A stretch of 64,000 bases of DNA from the NCBI RefSeq assembly GCF_000315625.1, contig NW_005434637.1:246671-310670 (forward strand), given 5' to 3'. The DNA comes from Guillardia theta CCMP2712. Lineage: Eukaryota > Protista > Cryptophyta. Below are positions 47,442-59,129 of the stretch, one piece after another; the first letter of the stretch is position 1; the number at the start of each line of letters is the position of its first letter. The notes under the pieces were generated by a model that saw only the letters and a program-made list of their open reading frames with translations, did no database searches and had not been told where the DNA came from. The position numbers were made by a program, and so were the translations under genes.

Positions 47442-49300
47442 TTCCTGCAAGGTCCGAATCGTATCATTGAGGATACCCAAGCGAAATGCACCAAAGGCGA
47501 GTGGCGCCAAGAAGCCAAAAAACGACAAGATGAGGTTCAAAACCTGGCAATCGTTATCGAAGCTGCAGGTGAAAGTGAGAAAAATTACCTGCCAGAGATC
47601 GAAGCTCAGCAACGTTGACCCCCAGTATTTCCATCCTCCAAACAGCCCGGTCCATTTGTTCTGGACTCAACAGCTTCAGCAAGATGAGCAACCCATTGGG
47701 ACGCTACCGTGTCTGAGAAGCAACCAGAGTCTAGAATCTCACGGCAGATAGCCTGTCAACCAAGATAGTTCGGGAGAGAATTGAATGCCAACAAGTAAAC
47801 CTCCGTCAGGTGAGCTCGCTTCATGTCGCTCTTAATCCCTAGGATGGTATGAAGCAATCTACAGACTGTCACGTCTGGAGCTCACAGTCAGCATCACAGC
47901 ACCTCGGGTTCTGTATTCCGATGCTCCACAGTGTCAGGCCTCGAACATCATGTTTCTTGAAAGCCGGTATGTAGTCCTTTGATAAGAGGATTACCGGAGT
48001 ATCTTTCAACACTCATTGTTACCTCCATGTTTGTTGGGACACACTTGTCATCCGAAAGCCATTTGATAAGTTCTTCATTGCTCAGTTTGCTCAGTTTGCT
48101 TCGCCAAAAACGAGTCTTCAGCTCCCACATCTCTTGTCTTGTGATCTACAAGGCCATTTCAGCCCCTTCCAGCTCGTGGAAGCAACGAGTTGTGCCGTAC
48201 CTGTCCATTTCTATCCGGATCCAAACAATGAAATGCTTCTAGAACTCCCACACCTCCTCGAGCCTGCAAAAATTTCATTCCAAGTCTCATGCTTATTCCC
48301 ATACCTGCTGACGAACAAATTCCTCTTCACTGACTTGACCATCATCGTTCTGGTCCTGACCCCCTTCAAACAAATGAGCTTTGAATCTACCAACACCACT
48401 TCTCTACCTTCGAAGAATGATCTCGAATCGACATGTTTGATAGCATCTTCCAATTTTTCTGCACAAAGCACATTCACGTTGAACACCGAGTCAGCAGATT
48501 GTACCTTCAGTCTTGTTCTCCCTAGTAGTCGGAGCCATCAAATCAGCTGAAACAGGAGGTCCCAAACAACCAAGTCCTTCAATTTCCCTGTAGAGAACCA
48601 TCCGGGAGACATCAAAACTTCCGGAAAAGGAGACCCTGGCACTACCTGCAGATAGCCTGCACTAGAGTTCGCCTGACCACTGGGTTCCCGATCTTGAGCT
48701 CGTTCTTGAGGAGCCGAGGGCTGCGGACTCCATACTCCCACAGGGACAATCCATTCAGCCCTGCATGCTCGTTCAACGCAAGTTCGTGTCATCGAGAAGA
48801 AGCACCTGCTTGCTTGAACTTGTTCGCATACTTGCTCATGTCAGTGGGCACGCACTTGGGATACATGAGCCAGTCTAGAACTTCTTCAGAGTTCAGCTGG
48901 CAACCATTGGTCAGCGCCATGGGAGGACGGGAAACAATCTGCAACACACTGACCTGCGAGAGTCTGCTCCGGTAGAATCGCTTCTTCAGAGCGTTCTGCT
49001 CCTCCTTCGTCACATACCCATTCATGTCGCCGTCAAGACAGGCAAAGGCTGAATCCGAACCCCCCCTGCTCCCATCAACAAACTCTTGCCTCGTGACCCT
49101 GTGTGTCATGGTAAATATCCCAGGTCGTTGAGTTACAAAGGAACATGGTTTCACCTTCCATCCCTGTTCTTGTCTCTGATTTCAAAATCATCCAAAGGGA
49201 TGTTCTCTTCGTCATCAGAGGCAAACACGACCAAAACAAAATGAAGGCAAAGCCCCAGCAGTGCGAAAAATCGGGTTCGAAATCTCGATTGTGACTTCAT
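47442..49300 (-). CDS. STIM-like protein: signal peptide, two (EF-hand pair + SAM) modules, TM helix
   Basis: Manual splicing of about 12 short exons: signal FFALLGLCLHFVLVVFA; EF loops DKNRDGRVTRQE, DGDMNGYVTKEE, DQNDDGQVSEEE, DPDRNGQITRQE; SAM1 LNSEEVLDWL...KYANKFKQAGLNGLSL...LKIGNPVVRRTL; SAM2 LSNEELIKWL...DYIPAFKKHDVRGLTL...LGIKSDMKRAHL; TM VLNLILSFFGFLAPLAFGAF. Confidence 0.78.
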
Positions 49301-49859
49301 CTCTGCTCTGATGAAAGTTGGACTGATTCTTTTCTGCAGACACCTTCACCTGATTGACATGTGACTAGCGATGGAGAACCTTTTCACACGCCGAAAATCA
49401 TTGATCCATGGCCCAATTCAGTACAAATCCCTCTCATGCACATCATCAGATGTTATGTTCTGAATATTGTCGCTCGTCCCTTTCATTGCAAGGTGTCCGC
49501 GTTGCTCCTATCCCTCATCTCACCTCCTCGTCCTCAGACGGTCGATAAAAACCGCATGCTGATACTGCACAATCCTTAGTTGGCAATAGAAATTCAAAAT
49601 TTTCGCAAGTACCTCGAAATTGTGAGTCTAAAAATGTGGATAACCCCAAGTTAGTTTTCATATTTGCGCCAACTCTAAAGAAATGGATATAGCGATCCCC
49701 TCATCATTCCCCTTGGAATAGAACCCCACCCCCGACGCAATCATCAAGGGGGTAGTCAACTTTATCCGGTCAGGAAGTCCTTCATTCGTGGGGTACCGGA
49801 GGGTGATTGTAGCAATTATAAGGGGTCATCAGGTGAATAAATCCGGGGGTGGGGGTGGC

Positions 49860-50195
49860 TGGGGTTCAGAGCTGGGACCTGTCGCCGAGTCACTGCAATA
49901 CTGAGTCATACTCAGCCGGGCCCCGGGCCGTGAGTACCGTACCGGGGCCGCTAGTACACTCCGGCGGCCCGCCGCCCCGGCGGGCCGCCAACCACACGGT
50001 AGCTGATACTGGTGACCAGGCTAGTTAGGAACTTCCATGCATTCTGCCGAGACGGGCTGTTGAGAGTCGCCGTCGAGTCGATCGGACCGTCGGATCGGAC
50101 AGGGCGGCCGTACTGAGCCTGCACTGCGGCAGTCCGGCGGACCCCGCGGAGTACGGTAGCTAGTAGACACTGTTTTTTGCAGGCTCGCGTCAGTG
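49860..50195. repeat. GC-rich intergenic island
   Basis: CCGGGCCCCGGGCC and GGCGGGCCGCC motifs, similar in composition to 4921-5400 and 51810-52200. Confidence 0.5.
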
Positions 50196-50251
50196 AGAAT
50201 TCTGATCTAATTCAGTTACAAGTTACAAGATAACAGCAGCAGCCTCCGACG

Positions 50252-51640
50252 CTACAAGAAGAAACGAAGGGGCAATAGTCTTAAGATATGGATGAGGATG
50301 GGACATGACGCGATTCCGTCACGAGGGAGAAGCGCCAAAAGACATTGAGAAGCCTCGCACTTGAGAACTCCGATCCATAAGAGCCTCTCCAGCCGCCATG
50401 GCATTCGCTGCCGGCAAGCTAACAGTGTGTGCCGAGCACATGGGCCACAGCCGACAGCCGACAGCCGAACCTCCTTGAGATCTTCCAGCATCAGCTTCGG
50501 GAGCAGCTGAAACTCGACCTCGCAACTCGCATGCCCCAGCTCACCAGTTGCGTTACTTCCCCAGGAAAACGCCATCTGTGCGTTGGCGTCCACGACCATC
50601 GTGTGGCTGTGGCCACAGACGAGGGAACCGACGTGGGCGCGCTCAATCCCCAGCACCAACGCGGGCACAAGGCTGTTTGACTTGGAGCCGATGCCCAGCT
50701 GTCCGCTATCCCCTTGACCGGAACAGAAGACCCTGCCGGAGGACGTGAGAAAAGCTGTGTGACTGAAACCGCAAGCCAACTGAACCACCCGCTCCTCCCC
50801 CCTCCAGGGCGTCTCGACTCTGCTTGGGATCAGCTTGGGCTCAAGACTCCCGATAGCAAGTTGTCCCTCCTCGTTCCTTCCCCATGCAAAGAGAGAACCA
50901 TCAGATAGCATGACCACCGCGTGTTGCCCTCCGCACGCCACATCTTGCAGCTTTGGCCTGATGGAGGATTGCTGGGGGATCTTGACAACTTGAGGGGTCG
51001 GGCTGACGATGGTGTGCGAAGAATAGCCTATTCCAAGCTGCCCGCAGTCATTGCGACCAAAGGAAAAGACTGAGTGCGCAGAGATAACAACTGAGAAGCA
51101 ATCACCGCACGAAGCTTTCTCGGCACCGCACCCTCTCAGACTCTCAAGCAGCTGCGGTGTCCGAGTGTGATCATATTGCAAGCCCAACCCTAGTTGACCG
51201 TACATGTTCCATCCGAATGACCACACATCTCCTTCCTCCGTCGTCAACACTGCATGCGCTCTTCCGCACGCGAGAGAATTTATCCTTACCCCCCTCAACG
51301 GCAAAAGTTCTCTTAGCTCATGCGACACGCAAGTGCTGAAGCGTGAGCTCTTGTGATCGAGGTTTCCGCATATCCATGTCCGAGTTTCACCTGCTCTGAG
51401 TCCATGAACGACAGAGAAGTCGGAGCCTGCGGCAATGCTTGTTTCACTTGAGCCTGCTTCCAAGTCCTCAACCCTCTTCTCCACTTCATCTGCATATGGC
51501 ACTCGCGCCCATCGCCGCATGACATGAGGAAACCATAGCCGCTTCCTCTTCTCTCCAGGCTCCTCCTCTTCTCGTCGTTCCTCATGCATGTCCGGCCCAA
51601 GTTGGCCGCAATGATTCTGCCCGATGCCATAGACAGGCAT
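50252..51640 (-). CDS. RCC1-repeat protein, intronless
   Basis: Repeated ACG..H...VWSFG.N..GQLG motifs; first ATG (MPVYGIGQNHCGQLG) at 51640. Confidence 0.9.
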   Translation of the reverse strand: MPVYGIGQNHCGQLGPDMHEERREEEEPGEKRKRLWFPHVMRRWARVPYADEVEKRVEDLEAGSSETSIAAGSDFSVVHGLRAGETRTWICGNLDHKSSRFSTCVSHELRELLPLRGVRINSLACGRAHAVLTTEEGDVWSFGWNMYGQLGLGLQYDHTRTPQLLESLRGCGAEKASCGDCFSVVISAHSVFSFGRNDCGQLGIGYSSHTIVSPTPQVVKIPQQSSIRPKLQDVACGGQHAVVMLSDGSLFAWGRNEEGQLAIGSLEPKLIPSRVETPWRGEERVVQLACGFSHTAFLTSSGRVFCSGQGDSGQLGIGSKSNSLVPALVLGIERAHVGSLVCGHSHTMVVDANAQMAFSWGSNATGELGHASCEVEFQLLPKLMLEDLKEVRLSAVGCGPCARHTLLACRQRMPWRLERLLWIGVLKCEASQCLLALLPRDGIASCPILIHILRLLPLRFFL

Positions 51641-51809
51641 TTTCCAACCAAGTACCGGCAGTTTCACATTAGCCCCGCATTGGTGATTTAAATTTGAAAC
51701 TTGATCTATCAAAAAGAACTTTTATGCAATTGGTTTTCAAATGCAAAATGCAAGCCCTGCTTTCGAAATTTTTAATGGCCATCCGCTTTTGAACCCCGCA
51801 ACGGCCTCG

Positions 51810-52200
51810 TTTTATTACTCAAAGTTGAGTTAAAATCGGGACCACCGTCCAGGTTCGTCCGAAGTTCCGAAGAAGAACTTCCGAACTAGGCCCCGGGCCG
51901 TCACGCCGGTTCCGGCCTTGCCCGGCCCGCGGGCCGCGCAGTGCGTTGAACGTCGGATCGGACGCCGCGGCCCCGGGCCCAGGCCGACTCGGACGGTTCC
52001 GCTGCCGTGCGGCCGCCGCGCGGACTCGATCGGTCCCCGGCCGGATGCTCCGGGCCCGGATCAGGGTGACCTCGGACACTCGTTCACTGAGTGACCGTAG
52101 TGCACCGGGCCGACGGTGAAGTGCCGGGTGCCGACCGAGTTGTCGGGTCGGTTTTCAGCTCCTCGTGAGTCAGGCTTCACTCCATGGCCGCCGGCCCTCT
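51810..52200. repeat. GC-rich intergenic island with TTACTCAAAGTT motif
   Basis: Shares GAACTTCCGAACT and the TTACTCAAAGT motif with the 4921-5540 region. Confidence 0.55.
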
Positions 52201-52621
52201 ACCCCCCTCAGACCCACCCCACCCAGTACGAGTTTCACAAAAATCAAATTCCGAGAAGGTTGACAAACAACCTCATTTTGAAATTTCAAGGTTCCTCACG
52301 CTTGTTTCTCATAGGACAAGAAGGGCATACTTTGAAAGTTTTGAAGCATAACCGCAGAATTACTTTAAATTTGGGGCATATAGACCCCTAAGATGAAAAT
52401 CTTATGGAAGGTATTAAGAGAAAGGGGGGTCGCTGGTTTAAGGGGGTCATAAGAATTCCGATAGGGGTTATCTAATACATGTAAGTAAGTATTTTTGAAT
52501 ATTGACCAGCACTTTTTCAGTGTAATTTGTATATTTTATAACAATTTTCGAAATTGCTTCAATATTAGACACAATGATTTCCACTTCTAGGAAACTGTCG
52601 CACAGCACCCGCCTCTCCGCC

Positions 52622-53378
52622 ATGCTCAGAAGCGCTCTCCTCCTCCTCCTCGCTCTCGCCTGCGTCTCCGCATTTGCCCCTGCTGCCCTCCCAGCTCTCA
52701 GATCAACTCGCAAGGCTCCCATCAGGTATCCACCAACCAGACCATGTGCTGTGCTTGTCTTGTTCCCCCTCGAAGGAAATCCTCGTCACACGCAGTGCGA
52801 CTCTCCGTTCCGCCCTCTTTCTTGTGAAAAAACGTTCCGCGTGTCAAATCTCCTTGCAAGTGCAAAAACATTTAGACCATATCATCGAGACAAAACCTAG
52901 GCAGACTTCAAACTAAAATTTTCTCAGCAGCGTGAGAATGGCTGGAGCCGACAGGATGCCCCCAGGCCCTAAGGGACGTGGTCCATTCGGACCTGAGGAC
53001 ACCTTTGTCCTTCCGGACGGTGTGCATCTGAAACTCTTCATCTGCTGATGTCCTCCTCCTCCTCCTCCTCCTCCTCCTCCTGCCTCTCCTCCTCCTCCTC
53101 CTGCCTCTCCCCCTTCCCCCTCTCTTCCTTATATATTTCTTTTCCTGTCTGATGACAGTAATTCAGGTCGCTCTTACACCCCTGGAGATGCCTGCACTGA
53201 TGACATCTACGGTGCTGCTCTCGCCAACCCTGTCGTGCTTCCTGATGCCTTGAAGCTCACCGTCGGAGCTGGAGTGAGTTCAAATTTGTCGAATGCAGCG
53301 GAACTAACTAGACCATAGTTGTTGGGCTTCTCCGTCCTCGTTCCTACCATTCTCATCAAGGTGATTGGAGGATATTAA
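52622..53378 (+). CDS. small plastid-targeted single-TM protein with bipartite presequence
   Basis: MLRSALLLLLALACVSA-FAP signal/transit peptide; four exons splice to ...RMAGADRMPPGPKGRGPFGPEDTFVLPDGRSYTPGDACTDDIYG...LTVGAGLLGFSVLVPTILIKVIGGY*. Confidence 0.75.
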
Positions 53379-53523
53379 ACATGATTGATCTCAAGAAATA
53401 AAAAGTTGAACTCCATTGTGGATGCTCTCGCTGATTAATTTACTAATTTAAAGGGAAAAATTTACATGAAGGAAGTGCTCTTCTCCTTCAAGAAAAGGGT
53501 GTCACCATACTTGCACAGCAAAT

Positions 53524-55586
53524 CAGTTGCCATCCTCGACAGGAGCTTGATTCATCTGAATTCTGTCGAGCGATTTCTTCATCTTGGAACGCTTGCTCAC
53601 GGCCCTACGATTAATGTCCAAGAACCTCTTCTTGCACAAGAGCATTCTATTGAAAACCTGCGGATTGACAGAACTCAGTGAGCTTCAGAGTGATCAGCAA
53701 AGTGCGAACCTTGAGTTCTTGGAAGTCCGTGCTCCCAATCTGTACTCCAAACTCTTCAAATTCAGGAATCTTGAGAGGGTTGTGCATCATGGGCTCGAAC
53801 GATTCACTCGGCAGTGTGAAGTAATTTTTGATGACAGTACCCCCTGTTGAGCAAATATGAGATGCACGAGGCCCCGAAACATTGTTGTGTTACCCAGTTT
53901 GCCGAATTTCATGTGTCTCTTGAAAATATCCAGACTGCATGTTGAGAAGAAGGCTGCAGGGCTCTGGATCCTCGCTAGAGCCGCACGAACGTCAAATGGA
54001 AAATCCAACACAACTTCTTCAAATCGTGTCATAGAAGCCATGGGAGGCAGGCGAGTTCGTTTCTTCTTCAAGACGGCCGACGGAGTTTCTTCTGCCATCT
54101 CTGCCGAAATATCGTCCACCCCAGGCTGTGCCTCACTATCAATGTAGGAGGCGTGCGCTACCATAGAGACACTAGCTTGCCCTACGATATCGCTGTCGCA
54201 TGCTTTGCGTTTCATCGGCAACATCGATGGATGCTGCTCGCTCAGTTTTCCCATCCCCATCGGTGCAAGAGATTCTGCGAAATGCGCGAGCGTTTGCAGA
54301 ATTGATTTCGTCCCGGGTAACTGCGGTAACTAATCATCATCTCGTGCGACAAATATCGCAATTATATACAACCTTCTGTACTGTAGAGTCGTTGGCATCG
54401 GTCATCGCAGCCAACTTTGGAAGGTTATTCCTTGCATCATCACATGTAGAGGTTTGCCTTGATCTGTTGAAAGAATCAGCTTCAAAAGGCTGTGAGCACT
54501 GAATAAAAGCAAACACTGACTCATGATTTTGATCTTCTAGCTTGCAAATCAAATGCGCTTCATGGTTTAATCCATTTGACTTTTCAGCAGCTGCAATCTG
54601 TTGACAAGTGAGACCAGGCTGTTTTGTTTCGAAATTCATGAACCTGTGAGAAAACGGATACTCTGACAGTGGCATCCCTCTTTGACTTGCAAGTCTTGAG
54701 CGTATATCAGCAAAGAACCCAAAAGAATTCTGTGACTCACCGGGTTTCTTGAGAGGTGCACGTCCAAAGCATGCATCGAAACAAATGATCTTGAGCAGTA
54801 GCTACATTCCACCGAAACCCTTTCTGGTTTCTTGGGTTCATACTTCTGAAAACTCCCTCCCCCGTAGGTGTTGGCTTTGCCATTGCCATTGCAGAGAAAG
54901 CTTGCAAAGGAAGGAGCGTTTTGCGCCAAGGGGGTTGCACAGCAAGAAACTGGAGTGGCCTGTACTTCCTTCTTTCCTTGTTTCTCGTGAAAAATCTGTA
55001 CAGCCTTGAGGCGCAGAGCTTCAATGTTGTTTTGGGCTTGGTTGCAATGGTCCAAATACTTAGCCAAGTCCATTCCTGCTGTGCAACTGCTTCGATATTG
55101 TGGGGTTGCAATGATCGGTTTGGTAACTTGATCTCGACTCAGGATGATCGATGCCGAAGGGTCTTTGGTCGCAGACTTGACAATTTCTTTCAGATCAGGG
55201 ATCTCAATCGCGTTCATGTCTTGACCGACGCTCTGCGACTTTGGGGAAGAACCTTCAACGCGATTGACCAAAGACACCTCTGAAGCGAAACTCTGCATCT
55301 GCTTGTCAGGCTCCATCAGCAAATTGCCTCCTGCATCCATCAGAACCATAGGGACTTGACTCATCCACATTTGCTCAGCTACTGAGGGGAAACGATCATC
55401 CGTCTTTGAAGACAAGTTTGGTTGCGCCAAGATCGAGATAGGTACTAATTGGACAGGTATAGAGTCTGGTGTCAAGCAAACAAATCCTCCACCAGCATAA
55501 GTAAGGGGCAGCAAACTATTCATCGCCAAGGTTGTGCCATCGTTCCTCTTCTGGGAAAGTTGTTGCAATGATAGCAAAGGGATCAT
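53524..55586 (-). CDS. C2H2-type zinc finger protein, putative transcription factor
   Basis: CSYCSRSFVSMHALDVHL motif; low-complexity S/Q-rich N-terminus; NLS-like KKKRTR; ends approximate. Confidence 0.55.
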
Positions 55587-57294
55587 GTTTCGTCGGCAAC
55601 GATGCTTTTTTGTAGTCAGGACCTGCTCCTTTGCACTGGTCAGCCATGAACATAGAGAAACAAGCTTTCGAGCAAAAGGTGTAATGAACATGTGGGGGTT
55701 GTTCTCCGTCTAACAGGCTTTCTAAGTCCCTTCCCTCCCATATCTTCAGGTATTATGAAATCATGTGTTACCGAATATCTGTTCTACAGGTGTTAGCCCA
55801 TCTTGCTTTCCCTGGCTCCTATGTTGTATTTAAACACCCAAAGTCATCATGAGGACATCAAACATGTTTCTTCCTCTCATGCACACTATTTGTGGTATTC
55901 TTCGCCCTCTCTGCATCATTCCAAGCTCCGCGGTGAGCTGCCACTAGCGGTGGCATTGACACCGGGCAATGCGCAAGTGGTACAGATACATACCGGTGGT
56001 CTTCCATCAATGAGAGGTACCCTACTCAAATTCCTTACTTCTCGACGCATTACTGGGTGGGGTACTTGAAGTTTATCAAAAATGGTGGGTAGTATGATGA
56101 GATAAGAGGGGTGGGGTATTGAACCCTACCTCCTTTATGATCAAGTCAAAACTTGTGAGCAGGTCGGGGTATCACTATTCTGGTCAGATGGGGCAGGGGA
56201 TGGTGGGTAGGGGTAGTCAAATTTGGGGAAAAAATACCATGGGGAAAGTTGCTTTATCATAAGGGGGGTGGGGTGATTGTGTGATGGTAGGGGGTGGCAA
56301 TCAGTGCTGTCCGAATAGGATGGGACGTTGTTTTGTATTTTTATTCCACGCTTCAGGCTTCAAATTGTCAAGGGTGGGTTGTACTTCATACCCCCCCATT
56401 TCTGCAGTGACAGGTGGGTGCAAGTCCACTCACTGATGAAAAAGTATGGGTAGTCAGCCAGTACGTATTGTTTTTGAGGGTGGGGTCGTCGTGCGCGGGC
56501 GGTACTCAAAGTGTCGAAACAGAGCAAGTAGTGGGTAGGGGTACTGGACTGAAATAGTGAACTTCGGAAACTGGGGGTGGGTAGTTTGTCAGCTCTTCCA
56601 GAGGTCAGAGGAGTAGTGAAACCTCAGACTCAGAGCAAGTCGGATATCTTTGGGGTACCTTTAGGGATTGAGCTTCCAAGTCCGCCATTGAACGTCACGT
56701 ATTCTATAAATGAGATCCTAAGTTCAAAGCGACATGATGAATGGATCTCCCTACTCACTGAGCATGCACAGATCCGATCGGATTGGTGTATAGTACGCAG
56801 TTCATAGGCGTTTTACTGACTCTGAGCCGGAGGGGTGGGGGTAGCCTTTTGAAACTCACTAAAGGTACTTGTCACTGCGTCCTCGGGGTCCGGGAAAAAA
56901 GGAGGTGGGGGGAGGGGTGGGCTTGGCGCGTGAAGCCGCAGTCCGCTCGGAATGCTATTCATATCTGGTCCTAGCAGCTCTGGTATCAGGTATGGCACGT
57001 ATGGTGTTCACCTTACTGCACACTTTCCCCCAACAGTACAAATGACTACCCTACCCTACCCTACCCTACCAAATTTAAAATTTGGAAAACAAGCATTCGT
57101 TATCTTCAAATTTCATGGGAGTGATTTGTAGCAACGAAGGAAATTAGCTTTCTTTGACCACGATCGCTGCTTGCTGCTTTGCTTCTAACTGGTAAAGTGA
57201 CTCAAAAGGTGGTTCAGGTACTAAAACTTGTACTGAATAATAGTCACTCTAAATCACTTTTTGGATCTCATGATCTACTGACTCCAGGTAATTT

Positions 57295-57650
57295 TTAACA
57301 TAACTTTGAGTAAAAGATTACTATATCATAAGTATTAGAGGTCCTCTACGCCGTGGTACGTTGCCCTGGTAGTTATTTTTAAGTTAATTTTGAGTAAACT
57401 GACTGATCGCTGGCCTTTGTTCTTTCTTTCTTTTCTTTCTTTCTTTTCTTTTTTTTTTGAATTTTACTCAAAGTTAAGTCAAAGATCAGTACGAGAATTA
57501 GAATAAAATGTTAATAACTTCGGCAGCTGACTCCGGGCTCTAACTTCACTTAACAGTTTGAGTGATGGCAGCCAGGCAGGCAAGGCCGCTTGCCCGGCGG
57601 CCCGCCGCGCGGCGCGGCCCCGGCCGGCCGCAGTGCCGGGCCCCATGTCT
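57295..57650. repeat. AT-rich TAACTTTGAGTAA motif cluster followed by a GC-rich island
   Basis: TAACTTTGAGTAAAAGATTA at 57301, TAATTTTGAGTAAA at ~57385, inverted TTTTACTCAAAGTTA at ~57462, then GCCCGGCGGCCCGCC. Confidence 0.55.
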
Positions 57651-57703
57651 CGAATCCACCTCAGAGTTTGTTCTATACAAGGGTAGAAGGCACCAAGATA
57701 TGA

Positions 57704-59100
57704 CTAGTCTCCCAATGGACTTGGTTGAGGCAGCGATATGCTGGGGGCCATTTCATTCAGGAGAGGAGCGCAGGGGGCTGCGCTGCTGATGCAAGAGAGA
57801 AGCACGATGGCATGCTCGAGCTTGAGGACGATGAGCGTGAAGAGCTTGAGGAGGATGCATGAAGCTGGGGTAGATACACTCCTATACAAACACCCCTCTC
57901 ATGGTGCCTTGGCAGGGTGGTTTCCAGCGCCGTCCCGGCGAAAATGCTGGCGAGTTGAGGTCTAGCCAGAGCTCAGCAGAGGAGGATGAGGAGTACAAGA
58001 AAGCCCGTATGGCGATCGCGTTCACGTGCTCTTTGCGATTCACCTGAAAGAATGGGCTGACCTGAGGCGCAGATGCAAGACTTGCGAAACGAGAGTGTTC
58101 CGATCGTTCTCTAAGAGGGTACAAGGATGAGCAGTCAAGTGAGCTGTACTCACAGCATGGCAGGCATATGAGAAGGGTGTTGTCATCATCCGAGTTGAAC
58201 AGAAGGACGGTTGCAATCGTCAAGATGGAGGCAATCATTGTAAGTTCTATCGCAAGAAATTTTGTCGCCGTTTGCATACGTTTGAACGGCGAAAGATTGT
58301 GTGACAAAGAACAAGTTTCTTGCGCCATGAAGAGGAACCTGATCGTTCTATCTTAACTGTAGTTGCCAGGTTTACACCTGATCGCCGACAATCTTGGATG
58401 GTTCGAAGATCGTCCTGTCAACGTGGAAACGTTGTATGTTGAAGCTTGTGCTCTCTACTGATCTCGGCATTACAGCATGCTTGCGCGAGAAGGGCAGAAG
58501 GTCCAGAGGCTAGTCTTGAGGACGTCTGAGAACGACAGGCAGCTCCACTCTGAATCGGAAGTGCCTGCCAAGGACGGGGCAGCCGACAAGGTTTTCTTAA
58601 AGACGGACGACGGTCAGACAGTGGAGTTTATTGATGACTCAAAGTGATAGGTTCCTTTTTAAACACATGGCAAGTCTTCCGCCCACTCGCCATCTTTACA
58701 CTCTAATTTCACATCGCTGAGAACCTTCTTCATCTCTTCGGTAACAAGGTTGTTGTCCTGGAAAAGTCGATCAGTCCCAGCGAGCATTCAACAATCTCGT
58801 CACCTTGAGCGCTTTGTGCTGGATCTGAATCAGGTAAAGAAGTTTTCTGTGCAGCGGATTTGGTTCGCGATCATCAGGCTGCGCTGCTTCCTGGACAGGT
58901 TGATGGCATGGTGTGCCTGCGGCATGCGATTGTGAGTTCCTGACAGTTGGGCAAGCACGATCTCGTACTCTTTTTGATCGCATCATGCGTTACGAACTCT
59001 GTCATGGTCATGATGGCGAACAAATGCTTGACAAGCACTCTGTGATTGCCATCAGACCATTTTCAAAGAGGATTCTCATCGTACTTCATCGCGTAGCCTT
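57704..59100 (-). CDS. probable downstream exons of the ARM-TIR gene, or a separate hypothetical gene
   Basis: Series of short minus-strand coding-like segments with GT-AG boundaries. Confidence 0.3.
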
Positions 59101-59129
59101 GAGTAACATCCTCTCGTTGACCCCCTGAC

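Noticed and set aside
5761-49300. Functional cluster of the Ca2+ channel and the STIM-like gene
   Set aside because: About 40 kb apart with many unrelated genes between them; no evidence of linkage
57045-57070. Telomere-like (CCCTA)n tract
   Set aside because: Only 4-5 units, internal position, flanked by ordinary genes
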